Origin: the human T2T-CHM13v2.0 reference genome, Homo sapiens
Assembly: GCF_009914755.1 (NCBI RefSeq)
Contig: NC_060925.1
Reading direction: 5' to 3' (one strand)
DNA: 64,000 nt
Below the pieces are notes generated by a model. It ran no database searches and had not been told where the DNA came from. It worked only from the letters and a program-made list of their open reading frames with translations. The position numbers and the translations under genes are program-made. The first letter of the stretch is position 1. Each line of letters starts with the position of its first letter. Below are positions 45,222 through 57,720 of this stretch, piece after piece.

Positions 45222-45780
45222 TGTCTCAGTCATGATTGCTGTGTTGCAAACACACCAAAATTTTGTGGCATAAGATATCCATGGTGTTATACTTAAAAAT
45301 GATGTTCAGGAATTTGAACAGAATGGTATAGTCATGGCAGGAATGGTTGTCTGTACTTTAAGATGTCTGAGGACTCAGGCAAGAACATTGAAGCCTGGGG
45401 TTCACTTATAGCCTGTGGGCTGAAATTATCTGAACACTCCTTCACTCACATATGTGGCAACTGGGCTGGAATGATCGAATGCTGTGTTCAACCTGGGATG
45501 TAGACTGGAGTGCTTATATACATGGTTTTTCCACATAGCTTGGGCTTCTCACAGGATGGTGACTGACTCTGAGGGCAAACAGAGAGCAATGATTCCAAAA
45601 AGTTGTGATATTTTCACCCAAAATTCATAATTTTAATCCAAGATGAAAGTTATATAGACTTTTCTGACCTATCATTGATAGTTAAATAGTGTCACTTTTG
45701 CTGCATTCTAATGGTTACAAGCCAATCAGTTCAGATTCAAGGAAATGGGGCACAGGTATCACCTCAAAGTATTGGCAGCA
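45222..45780 (-). mobile_element. MLT1 (F/G/H-like) MaLR LTR
   Basis: CAGGAATTTGAACAG, GCTTGGGCTTCTCACAG, GCTGCATTCTAATGGT..CAGATTCAAGG. Confidence 0.7.
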
Positions 45781-47245
45781 GTAATCAGTTTTTCAGTCAA
45801 TTAGCAGATGAACTAAATCAATACAATCTTAATTATCCTGAATTCAAACGTACATTTTAATAACTTCACTGAGAAAACACATATTATAAACAAATATTAA
45901 AAATAATAGTAGCTAGTGTTTCTAAACTGAAATTTAAGGCAGAATTTGAGACTATAAAAAGTGTGCATTTTCTTTTTAAATTATTTTTCTGGGAACTTTC
46001 TCGAGAGTGATCTTGCTTCAGTCCTGCTCTTAATCAGCTCTCTAAACTTTGATCCAGTACTTCCTATTAACTCAAAATCTGTGGGGCCATCTCAATAGTA
46101 GGATGATCTTCTGAACTGGCTTATGAACATCTCCAATTCCTTGAACGTTAAATAACCTCTCTACTTAGGGCCTGCATTAATAGTCTTTCTAACAGAGACA
46201 TGCCTTTCCACTTACAGACATGAAAAGCTCCAATAATGTTTTTAGGAGCTAAAAGTCAGGTGAGAAGAAATATATCATCAAGCAATTGCTGCCTTGAAAT
46301 TGCCCAGTAGGATTCCAGGTTTCTAAGAAAATGTCTGAAGTTAATTGCACATTTTTATCCCCATTTACAAAGAAAGGTAGTGATTCCTACAGTAGGTTAA
46401 TATTTCCACTTGAGAGCTAAATAAAAGGAAAATCTTTTTGAACTTGGCAAAGCACAGCAATTAATTTTGTCTGTTAGGATATAAATTAAATGCACAGCTA
46501 CTAGTTAGGCTTTGAAAGCAGAAGGCTAGAGTCATTTTTAAACCATAGTAGGGTGCACACTAAATTCCGGATAGAATGGTATCTCTTCATTACCTGAATT
46601 AAAATGTATCTTTGTCTTTTTAAATTCTACCAATATTTCAAGTCCTATTGAGAAGTCAACCATTATATGACACCTTCCATATTATAACTAGCTGGTGATG
46701 ATTTTACTTATGTTTTTGTTTAGTAACACACGTATGACATTTCACAGTGCCTTGTATCAGAGCTATTGGTGTACATATATGGCATTTCCCCATAACACTT
46801 AAATTTGTTGTATAGCTTTACAGATTTTATAAGTCATAAAATATATGACTTAAATTATATAAGTGATAAAGGTGCTTTTAAAATGCATTTTAAATGAGTA
46901 GATGTCACATCTAGTGTACAGAGAAGGACTTGCAAAAGTAAAAGTAATTTGTGAAATCAGAACATTTACCACAAATAAAATGCAAAAAGTGCTTGTCCAT
47001 TTGTTTCTCTCGTGCAGTATTCGCATCCCCTGTCTTCCATATTCAGTTTGTCTATATAAACACAAATTTTACTCTTCTGCTTAATTTCTATAAAAAGCAG
47101 AATATAATGGAATGATTTAGAAGAACAAATGAGTAAAACATAGCTATACTGTGAATCAAACTACTTTAAAAATTCCATATAAATGAAAGGTATTATATCT
47201 TGCTTTGTAAGAAACAGACTGAAGCAAAAGTACCTTCAATGAGGG

Positions 47246-47603
47246 TGTTGTAGTCTGTTTATACTGCTATAACAAAATACCTAAGGCAGTAATTTATAAA
47301 GAACAGACATTTCTCACAGTTCTGGAAACTGGGAAGTCCAAGATCAAGGCATCATCAGGTTCGGTGTGCCTGGTGAGGGCCTGCTCCATTGAAGGTGTCT
47401 TCATCCTCACATGGCAGAAGGTAGAGGGACAAAGGGCCTAAACTAGTTTCTTCTAGTTCTTTTATAAGTCACTACTCTATCAATGAGGGCAGAGCCCTCA
47501 TGGCTTAATCACTTCCCAAAAGACTCTATTCTTAATACCACCACAATGAAGATTAAGTTTCAACATGAATTTTGGCGTGAACATAAACATTTAAACCGTA
47601 GCA
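47246..47603 (-). mobile_element. MSTD/MLT1A-like MaLR solo LTR
   Basis: CTGCTATAACAAAATACC..GGGAAGTCCAAGATCAAGGC..AAACCGTAGCA; TSD GAGGG/GAGAG. Confidence 0.88.
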
Positions 47604-48834
47604 GAGAGTAAGGAGATGCATCTAAAGTTCATTTAGAGTATGTTAGTGATAAAGATGTTTCTTTTTCAACTTGCCTTTTATATGTTAAAGGTTTTACTGA
47701 TACTTGCCTTCAAGATTTCCCTAAGCTAAAGTAATTTGAGAGAAACGTTTTTTCATATTTTTCTGATCCTCTTAAGGAAATTCTCTGCTTCCAGTCTCCA
47801 TTACTATCTCCCAGTTCCTTTCCTTGGCATGCTTACTTTAGTATTTCTTTGTTGCTACCAACAGCACAAAAAGAAAGTAGCTCAAAATAGCTAGGTGACA
47901 ATACTTTAGATGAAAATCAGCATTGTGTATCATAGACCTAGAAAACTGGATTTTTCTCAGAAGTTCTAAAAACAGAAATTAATGGTAAAAGCATTGGGGA
48001 GTTTTATTCCATTTATTCCTACATGCTGTAGATATTTTTTAAAATGGTAAACTCAAAATAGAAAATGAATTGCTCTAAAATGTAATTTTTTAAACAAATA
48101 AAAACCAACACAGTGATAATTTAAAATTATTTCTTTTTTTTTTCCTCTAAGATGGAAGATTAGAGGGTTTTATCATGCCCCAGTCATTTGGAAATAGCAA
48201 AAGAGTGCATAAGTATCAACTCTGTGAGTTCAAGAAACAAAATGTGAATCCACTGAATTTGTGAAGGACACTCCAGATTCCAGGGAGGAGAACACGGGCA
48301 AATAGCCCCCATGATGGCATCCAGCTAATAAAAGTGAGGGAATCCCCAGGACATAAGAAAGGCAAAGAGCCTCTCTCTGTGACTCACCTTTTCTATGAGG
48401 ATATGAGCAACCTGGGCTGAGAAGAGCACTATATTTCTCCTAACCCCTGGAGCTCACCTGGGGAGGGGCTTGGAGGCTCTGAGAGGGAAAGACACTGGGA
48501 AAAGTTACAGGCATTTTCCCAGACCTGAGATCAAGAGCAGGATGCCATTTTTCATCCAGGCACAAAGTAAGCCATTGTTTGGCAACCCAGCAGCATGACC
48601 ATGCACGGATTTTTTCTCAGGCCAGAGACTGGAGGGCTTGCTCTGGAGGGGTAGGGCCCTCCACAGCCAAAATTTTGGAAACTGCCTAAGTAGCACTCTC
48701 CTCCATTGCAGCCTGGGGCAGCAGGAGAGCTGCTATAGGTACAGTTTCTCCTGGGTGACAAGGCTTGCAGTCAGGGACAGTTTGGTGACCTGGAACTGGT
48801 CTGCATGTGTCAGTGCTGGGTATCTCAGCCTGCT

Positions 48835-49385
48835 CCCCTGAGATGATGATGCAACGGCCCCTCTATGCACCATCCCGAGGAAGAACTCCAGGTATTCAGA
48901 GTACCCACTTACATGAACGAGCAATCTGAGGTGCCCCACCTTTCACGTGCAGAGTAGCTGGTATAAGGAAGCCCTCTCTGCTTCACATTCAGGTAGATCT
49001 CCAGGCATTCAAATTACCTGCTCACCTGATGGAGCAGCCTGAGCTGTCCCACCCTTCCTGAGCATAGATTGTGGTGCAACAGGGCCCTCTCTATTCCACA
49101 ATCAGGCATATCCCCAGGCAGTCAGAGGACATGCTCACCTGGATTACCAGCCTGAGCTGCCCCGTCCTACTTGTGCAGAGATTATGGTGGAGCAGGGCTT
49201 TCTCAACTTTGCACCCAAGTAGATTTCTAGACAGTTGGAGTACCTGCTTGCCTGTAACAGCAGCCTTCGGTGTCCCACCCTTCCTGTGAGGAAACTGTGG
49301 TGCAGCAGGGCTTTCTACACTCAATTCCCTGGCAGATCTCCAGGGATCCGGAGTACCCACTCTCCTGCATTAGGAGTTTAGGCTA
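48835..49385 (+). repeat. 113-bp tandem array (~5 units) in L1 5'UTR
   Basis: Equivalent unit starts at 48888, 49001, 49114, 49227, 49340. Confidence 0.9.
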
Positions 49386-49971
49386 TGAGTATCAACTCTG
49401 TGAGCTTCTCTGCCCATGCAGAGAACTTGGGGCTGAGGAGGTTTCCCAGTTCCATGCCTAGGCACACCTCTGAGTGCTTAGTGGTCACCTACTGGATTTC
49501 CCTCAGGGTTGGTGTTTGTGCATGCCATCAGGGGATCTGTCGGTGGGCCTGCCCGGTCTGGCCCTGCTCACCTTGCCGCCTGCTCTCCCACAGGCCTAAC
49601 CAGGGAGTTCAGACCAATGTGCACTCCAGGGATCAGCCCATTGCCTGAGGCAACAGACAGTGTCTTCTGATAAACAAGTATAAAGTATACACCCAGTCAC
49701 TCTAGCCACAGCTAACTCTAACCCATAAACACCATCTACTGGCTTATAGGTCAAACAGCACAGCTCAATATAAAACCTGCTGAAAAATGTACCTAGGGTT
49801 ATAGAAGTGAAGCCAAAATACCCTACACAACATTCTACACAGTCATATGCCCTAGAGAGGAGAGGAAAAGAAAAGGAGAAGAAAAAACAATAATATTGTA
49901 GGGAAAGAAAAAAGAAAAAAATCTACCTGCACAAAAATAATTACAAAAATCAGAAGAATCAGTATCTCTAC

Positions 49972-50960
49972 ATGATAAGGAAACGGTACATATATTCTGG
50001 CACTTTGAAAGATCTGAATATAGTGACACCACCAAAGGATCAGACTAGCTCTCCAGCAATGGTCCCTAACTATAATGGAAACCCAAAAATGACTGATAAG
50101 GAAATCAAACCATGGATTGCAAGGAATTTCAATGAGACTGAAGGCAAGGTTGAAAATAAACACAAAGACAATTGTAAATTAATTCAGGAAATGAAAGAAG
50201 AGATAAACAAATAATAAATCTGATTTTCTAGAGTTGAAAAACTCACTTAAATTTCTAAATACAACTGAAATCTTTGCCAATATACTGGACCAAGCAGAAG
50301 AAAAGATTTTAGACCTGGAAAACTAGTCTTTCAAACTAATCGAGCCTGATAAAAATAATAATAATAATGAAGAATTTAAGAAATGAACAAAGTGAGAAAT
50401 GTGGGATAAGGTAAAGAGATCAAATCTATGAATTACTGGCATTTCTGAGAGAGAAGGAAAAGTAAACCACCTAGAAAATATATTTGAGGGAATAATTCAA
50501 GTAAACTTTCCTAATCTTGCTGGAGATGTGGACTTCCGGATACAAGAAATCCAGAGTACACCTACGAGATACTATACAAAATGAATAGCACCAAAGCAAC
50601 AGTTAATGCTAAAGAAAAAAAATCTTAAAGGAAACTAGAGAAAAACGTCAGATAATGTACAAAGGAAACCCTATCAGGCTAAGAGTGGACTTCTTGGCAG
50701 AAACTTTACAAGCCAAGAGAGGCTGGGAGCCTATTTTTAGCATTCTTAAAGAAAACAAATTCCAACCAAGATTTTCATATCCAACCAAACTAAGCCTCAT
50801 TAGTGAAGGAGAAATAAAATATTTCCCAGACAAACAAAAACTAGGGGAATGAGTGACCACTAGACCAGTCTTCATTAAGAAGATTACACTCTCATTAAGA
50901 GAGTTATAAACGTGGAAAAAAGGACTATACATGCTACCACAGAACACACTTAAGTACATA
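49972..50960 (+). pseudogene. Disrupted L1 ORF1p remnant
   Basis: VTPPKDQTSSPAM..MTDKE and YKGNPIRL..AETLQAKRGWEPIFSILKENKFQPRFSYPTKLS..EGEIK; stops and frameshifts. Confidence 0.9.
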
Positions 50961-51277
50961 ACCCACAAACCCTATAAAGCAACCACATAATAGAAACTAC
51001 AAAGCAACCAGTTAACAACTTCATGATAGTGTCAAAACCTCACATATCAATATTAACCTCGAATGTTAGCACTCTAAACACCCCACTTAAAAGATACAGA
51101 GTTGCAAGTTTGATAAAAAACAAGACCCATGTATCTGCTCTCTTCGAGACACCCATCTCACATGTAACGACAACCATAGGATCAAAGTAAAGGGTTGGAG
51201 AAAGATCTGTCATGAAAATAGAAACCAAAAAAGAGCAGAGGTTGCTATTCTTACATCTGATAAAACAGACTTTAAAC

Positions 51278-51762
51278 GAGGGGTGCCCGATCTTTTGGGA
51301 CTTGATTTATGGTTAAGCAAGTGGTTGATCTTGGGAGTGTATTCTCTGTGCAGATGAGAAGAATGTATATTATGTGGTTAATGAGTGGAGTATTCTGTAG
51401 ATGTCTATTAAATTTAATTGGTCAAGTGTTTAAGTCCAAAATTTGTTAGTTTTCTGCCTCAGTGATCTGGTTAATAATGTCAGTGGGGTGTTGACATCCC
51501 CAACTAGTATTGTGTGGCCAACTAAGTCCTATTGTAGGCCTAAAAATAGTTGTTTTGTAAATCTTCTGCCAAGACAATTGGGATAATAATTGTCTTGGGT
51601 CACACATAAAATACATTAACACTAACAATAGCTAATAAACTAAAAAAAATTGCAAAAAAAAAAACCCCTCAGGTTTTAGGAAAATTTACAAATTTGTATT
51701 TGGTTACATTCAAGCTGTCCTGGGCTACATGCAGCCTGTGGGCCACAGGTTGGAAAAACTTG
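51278..51762 (+). mobile_element. MER30 inserted in L1 ORF2, itself interrupted
   Basis: 8-bp TSD CTTTAAAC at 51270-51277 and 51763-51770; 5' terminus 51278-51298; remainder 51588-51762. Confidence 0.9.
51299..51565 (-). mobile_element. Inverted L1 ORF2 endonuclease fragment inside MER30
   Basis: Reverse complement reads GTTGGGGATGTCAACACCCCACTGAC..ATAGACATCTACAGAATACTCCAC..TATACATTCTTCTCATCTGCAC. Confidence 0.9.
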
Positions 51763-52018
51763 CTTTAAACCAACAACAGTGAAAAATGTCAAAAGGCATT
51801 ACATAATGATAAAGAATTCAATTCAACAAGAAGAATTAACTATCCTAAATAAATAAGCACCCAATATTGGAACACCAAGATTTATAAACTATCTCCTCTA
51901 GCAGATGACGTAACTCAATAACTAGAAATCTTGAAAACGTTCACTAAAAGTCTCCTGAAATGATAAAGAACCTCAGTAAAGTTTCAGGATACAAAATCAA
52001 TTTACAAAAATAAGTAGG

Positions 52019-52301
52019 TTTTTTTTTTTTTTTTTTGAGGCAGAGTTTCACTCTTGTTGCCCAGGCTGGAGTGCAATGGCGCTATGTCAGCTCTCCTGGG
52101 TTCAAGCGATTCTCCTGCCTCAGATTCCAGAATAGCTGGGATTACAGGCATGTGCCACCACACCCAGCTAATTTTGTATTTTGTAGAGATGGGTTTTCTC
52201 CATGTTGGTCAGGCTGGTCTCAAATTCCTGACCTCAGGTGATCCACCCACCTTGGCCTTCCAAAGTGCTGGGAATACAGGCGTGAGCCACCGCGCCCGGT
52301 C
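52019..52301 (-). mobile_element. AluSp
   Basis: GAGTTTCACTCTTGTTGCCC and CTCCATGTTGGTCAGG; ~15-bp deletion in right arm. Confidence 0.92.
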
Positions 52302-53993
52302 AGATTTTTATACACCAACATTATTCAAGCTGAGAGTCAAATCAAGAGTGCAATACCATTCACAATATGCAAACACACACACAAGAAATTATGTAGGAAT
52401 ACATATAACCAAGGAGATGACAGATCCCTACAACGATAACTAAAAAAGAGAAATCATAGAGGGCACAAACAAATGAAAAAGGATTTCATGCTCATGGATT
52501 GAAAAAATCAATATTGCTAAAATGGCCATACTTCCAAAAGCAGTCTACTGATACAATGCTATTCCTATCAAAGTACCAATGTCATTTTTCACAGAATTAG
52601 AAAAATACTACTCTAAGGTTCATATGGAACAAACACCCCAAGTAGCCCAAACAATCCTAAGCAAAAGAACAAAGCTAGACATATCACATTACCTGACTTT
52701 AAACTATGCTCTAAGGCTACAGTAACCAAAACAACATGGTGTTTGTACAGAAACAGACACATAGACCAATGGAGCAGAACAGAGAACCCAGAAATAAAGC
52801 CTCACATCTACAACCATCTGATCTTTGACATCTACAACCATCTGATCTTTGACAAAGTTGATAATAGCAAGCAATGGGAAATCGATTCCTTATTGAATAA
52901 ATGATGCTGAGATATCTGGCGAACCATATGCAGAAGATTGAAAATGGACTACTACTTTTCACCATAACGAACATTAACTCAAGATGAATTAAGAGTTGAA
53001 AGGTAAGAACACAAACTACAAGAATCTGAGAAGAAAACCTAGAAAATATTCTTTGGGACATTGGTCTTAGGAAAGATTTTTTGACTAAGTCCTCAAAAGC
53101 AATTGCAGCAAAAGCAAAAATTGACAAGTGGGACCTAAATAGACTAAAGAACTTCTGTACAGCAAAATAAACTATCAACAAAGTAAGCAGACAACCTACA
53201 GAATGGGAAAAACATTTGCAAACTATCCATCTGACAAAGATGTAATATACATATCCATAAGGAAATTAAACAATTCAACCAGCAAAAACAACCCCATTAA
53301 ACACTCCTCAAAGACCTGCAGGCAGCCAACAAACATATGAAAAAATGCTCCACATCACTAATCATCAGAGAAATCCAAATCAAAACCACAGTGAGACACA
53401 ATCTCATACCAGTCAGAATAGCTATTATTAAAAACACACAAAATAACAGATGCTAGTGAGGTTGCATAGAAAAAAGTTATGCTTTATACACTGTTGGTGG
53501 AAAGTAAATTATCTCAGCCACTATGGTAAGCAGTGCAGAGATATTTCAAAGAACTAAAAATAGAATTACCATTTGACCCATCAATCCCATTACTCAATAT
53601 ATATGCCCACAAAAAAATAAACCATTCTACTTAAAAGACCCATGTATTTGTATGTTCATCCCTGTGCTATTCACAATAGTAAAGACATGGAACCAACCTA
53701 GGTGCCCATCAATGGGTGGATTGGATAAAGAAAATGTGCTACATATACACCACAGAATACTATGCAACCATCAAAAAGAATGAAATAATATCTTTGCAGC
53801 AACATGGATGCAGCTGGAGGCCTTTATCCTAAATGAATTAATGCAGGAACAGAAAACCATACATTCCATGTTGTCACTCATAAGTGGGAGCTAAATATTT
53901 GGTACAAATGGATATAAAGATGGGAACAATAGACACTGACGACTATTAAAAGGGGGAAGAAGTAAGTGGGCAAAGATTTAAAAACTAACTGTT

Positions 53994-54311
53994 GGTCAGC
54001 CATAGTGGCTCATGCCTGTAGTACCAGCACTTTGGGAGGCCGAGGCAGATGGATCACTGAGGTCAGGAGTTTGAGACCACCCTGGCCAACATGGCAAAAC
54101 CCCATCTCTACTGAAAATACAAAAATTAGCCGGCCATGGTGGTATGTGCCTGTAATCCACCTACTCAGGAGGCTGAGGCAAGAGAATTGCTTGAACCTGG
54201 TAGGCAGTGGTTGCAGTGAGCCTAGATGTTGCCACTGTACTCTAGCCTGGGTGACAGAGCAACATTTCATCTAAAAAAAAACTAAAATAAAATAAAAATA
54301 AATAAATGAAT
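53994..54311 (+). mobile_element. AluS (Sx-like) in L1 3'UTR
   Basis: Full dimer; TSD AAAA(C)CTAACTGTT at 53981-53993 and 54312-54325. Confidence 0.93.
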
Positions 54312-54807
54312 AAAACCTAACTGTTGAGTATTATGCTCACTACCTGGGTGACAGTATCATTCATATCCCAAATGTCAGTAGCACATAATATATCACGTAA
54401 CAAATCTGCACACGTGTCCCCTGAATCTAAAATAAAAGTTAAAATTATATTTAAAACGTAGTTTCCTGTTAGATATTCGTTAAATAATCTATCAGTCACA
54501 TATTGTCCAGGACTTGAAGAATATGGTATGATCATGAAACGTATTATTTAAATTAAATTTGGTGCTGGCTCCACATTAATCAAAATTATTATAGATATAT
54601 CAAATTCATACTCTAGTTTTTATGTTAGAAAATATTTGTATATTTGAAAATCAGACTATTCAAATTCTAATCTCAGATCTATAACCCACTGTGACAATGG
54701 GTCATTACTTAATATCTCTGACTCAGTTTCTTGGTCTAAAATATTAGGATAGTATGTAATTCATTTACTATTAACCAAATGGAAAATAAATATATATCTG
54801 TGCATCT

Positions 54808-54866
54808 ACACACACACACGCACATACACACCCAACACACACACTACTCACACACTTTCACACACT
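54808..54866. repeat. Imperfect (CA)n
   Basis: Directly visible. Confidence 0.85.
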
Positions 54867-55959
54867 CAATAACAAATACAAATGTATAGATATCTGTCCA
54901 CCCTATCTCTCTTTGGTGTCTATGTATTATTAATAGACCCTTTCTTTCTTCATCTCTGATGATAAATACAATCACCATTCTTGGGATATTTCCTTTCATA
55001 ACTCATGTATTCCTCCTTTTTTACTTATTTCCTATAAGAGTTGAGCTCTCTCACCATCTATTTCTCTCTCTCTCTCCTCTCTATATCTATCTACCTGTCT
55101 CTCATCACATTTTTTATGCCTTAGAATATATTTCCTAAAAATCTGTACTGTTACAAAACTCTTCATAAATAACTTATGCCAGAGTGTTTCTATTTTAATC
55201 TATTTTACATAAATTGGTGATAAAATTTATTAATTTCTGTTCTACAAATCATTTAAATCCTATAGTAACCTATAACATTAGTGATGCTAACTAAAATATA
55301 GATAGGATTTTGAATTACAAGACCACGCTGCTGTAAGAGACTTAACATTTATAAGTTTCCTTTTCTTTACATTAGGGAGAATAAGCCCTACCTCTAACAG
55401 TTTTAAAATTAATTAAATATGAATATATATAATTATTTTTAAAAATTCAAATGAAAAATGTATGCACATACATATGTAGTAATCAAAGAAACAACCTCAA
55501 CTTGGCTAACAATATTTACCTCCTATATTGTCAATATGTTATTTATTATCTTCCTTCATGGTCTAGCCATGTGTTGAAAATTGCCCCAAGCATATTCCCT
55601 ACATACTACCACTTGCTTTTATCATCTGAAATTTGCTACTACTTGCTGATACATAGTGTAATGAGATCTCATTAATAGTAAGAACCAAGTTTTACTGGCT
55701 CTTTGCTTCCATTTGTTATAATACTAATGCAAAATCTTCAACTCTCCCATTGTTTCACAACTGTTCATCAGTATGTTCAGCAGTATGTTTCGTCAGTGTT
55801 CATGAACAAGTATTTCTACCAGAGGCCACCAATAATGTATGCAGTTCTGATTGACATCACAGCTTTTCCTGCCATTCTTCCAACCCACCTGGATTTCATT
55901 CTTTTTTATTGCATTGGGCTCTCCAATGACAGAATTCAGTGCTGTCTATTATTCTCTCT

Positions 55960-56985
55960 TTAGTTTTCTTGAGGAACCACCCTTCTCTAACTCTAAGTCC
56001 ATATGATTTTGGAGGGGCTGATTTCATTTGTACCTTTAGAGGTGAGCACCTCAGGACAACAAACACCAGTGCCAAAGTGATAGATTTATTTATAAGCATA
56101 TATATGTATTTTTATTTTTTATTGTATATATGTAAGGTGCACAACATGATCTGGTATACATATACATGAAGAAATATTTATTATAGTCAAGAAATTCAAA
56201 TATTAGTCATTTCATATAGTTGTATTTTGTCCATGTGCATGGTAAGAGCATCTAAAATCTATTCTTTCGGCAAGTTTTTGGAGGATAATATATTATTAAC
56301 TATAGTCCTCCTGCTGTACATTGGATCTTTAGACTCCTTTATTCTACACATCTGCAAGTTTGTACCTTTTGACCTACATCTTTCCACTCTCTCCCCTTCC
56401 TTGCCTCTGATAACCACATTTCTACTGTTTCTATATATTTGACTTTTTAAGGATTCCACATATAAGCAAGATCAAATAGTATTTGTCTATGTCTGGCTTA
56501 TTTGACTTAGCATAACAGCCTCCAGCTTCAACCATGTTGTTGCAAATGGCAGGATTTCCTTATTTTTAAAGGCTGGATAATATTATGTTGTGTATATGTA
56601 TATATGCACTTGATTTTTAAATCCGTTTATCCATATAGTCATATGACCTAATCAGAGTTAATTAAGTTCTAATCCTGGGGCTTTTGCTAGAAATTGTGAA
56701 TAGATACATTCTCATTTCAGCTGAGTGAGAACATGGTGAAACAATAGCCTGAATCTACTGCTGGTGGCAGAGAGTGAAGGTAATTCTGAAGAAAGCAGAG
56801 ACAAGCCACAGCGAAAGATAAATTTTTTATAATATTGTTTTATTCTTCCTAATAAATTATGTATGAAAGTTTTTCAACTAAAATATTTTTAATTATGTAA
56901 ATCAATTTTGTTTTTAATACTAAATTAAAGTAGGATTTGTGTGTGCATGTGTGTGTGTGTCTTACAAATGAAATAATCCTAAATT
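55960..56985 (+). mobile_element. Old MLT1 (J/K-like) LTR remnant split by L1MA
   Basis: GGAACCACCCTTCTC..CCATATGATTTTGGAGGGGCTGA; CCTGGGGCTTTTGCT; CTTACAAATGAAATAATCCTAA. Confidence 0.5.
56085..56635 (-). mobile_element. L1MA (L1MA8/9-like) 3' end
   Basis: AAGGTGCACAACATGAT, TATTAACTATAGTC, GTCTGGCTTATTTGACTTAGCATAA. Confidence 0.85.
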
Positions 56986-57507
56986 ATCCCCAAACTATAT
57001 TGCCATAGTTCAACCATTTATCTTTTCTGAGCGTATCTCCAGGAAAGGCGATAAAAATCACAGTAGTTTCCATATTATTTAATTCTCAGAGTACTGTTTG
57101 TATTCTAAGTTTATATAGACGCAGATAAAGTACTTTTTGGTGCCTTTTGTATCAGGGACCCAGATATGTATCCATGGGCTAGAGAATTTATATTCCCTTC
57201 TATGAACTGACAGAGAAGTTCTAGGACAAATTCAACATGGTGGGCATTCCTTCCTTTGGATAAGTTCTCTTTAATTACTCTTTGGTGTATACTGCAAACA
57301 TTCTTCTGTTGGGTTCTTCCCAAGTGTTTGTTCAATATACATTAGATACAGACTGAGTTTTATTCCATTTTTAATCAGACAACACCTTAGCCTTTACATT
57401 TTGCTTGACATATTTGAATCTTTCTCATACACTTAGGCTGTGCTTGTTTGCATCTCTGTTCCTTTGCACGTGCTTTTCCTGATAATAAAAAGTCTTCTAT
57501 CTTTTAT

Positions 57508-57720
57508 AGTGCTCTGTGTAATAGAGTACGAAGAGTACTGCATAATTTAAGTCTAAATTAATTAAAAAATTAAATTCAATTTAAAAATCAATTCATTAGC
57601 TTCACTAGTCCTATGTCAAGTGCTCAATAATCACATGGAACTGGTAACTACTGTTTTGGACAGCACAGACATAGAATATTTTATTATCATAGAAAATTTC
57701 TATTGCACAAATCTATTCTA
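57508..57720. mobile_element. MER3 hAT MITE (followed by a MER5-like remnant to ~57890)
   Basis: TCAAGTGCTCAATAATCACATG..TTGGACAGCACAGACATAGAATATTT..TTCTATTG. Confidence 0.75.

Larger units (their letters stand above)
51023..53890 (+). pseudogene. Disrupted L1 ORF2p remnant (endonuclease start, RT FADD region, C-terminus)
   Basis: ATG..CCTCACATATCAATATTAACC; GCAGATGAC; CACTGTTGGTGG; many disruptions. Confidence 0.88.
48141..54456 (+). mobile_element. Near full-length L1PA15/16-like LINE-1 with ~1.7-kb ORF2 deletion and nested MER30 and two Alus
   Basis: 5'UTR (degenerate AAGATGG YY1 site), ORF1 and ORF2 remnants, 3'UTR ending CTGAATCTAAAATAAAAGTT. Confidence 0.92.

Noticed and set aside
48835-49385. 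Regularly spaced repeats resembling a CRISPR array
   Set aside because: Whole units are homologous with no unique spacers; embedded in an L1 5'UTR; eukaryotic DNA with no cas genes
52717-53181. 154-aa minus-strand ORF
   Set aside because: Antisense frame of degenerate L1 ORF2; its repeated peptide reflects the 24-bp duplication
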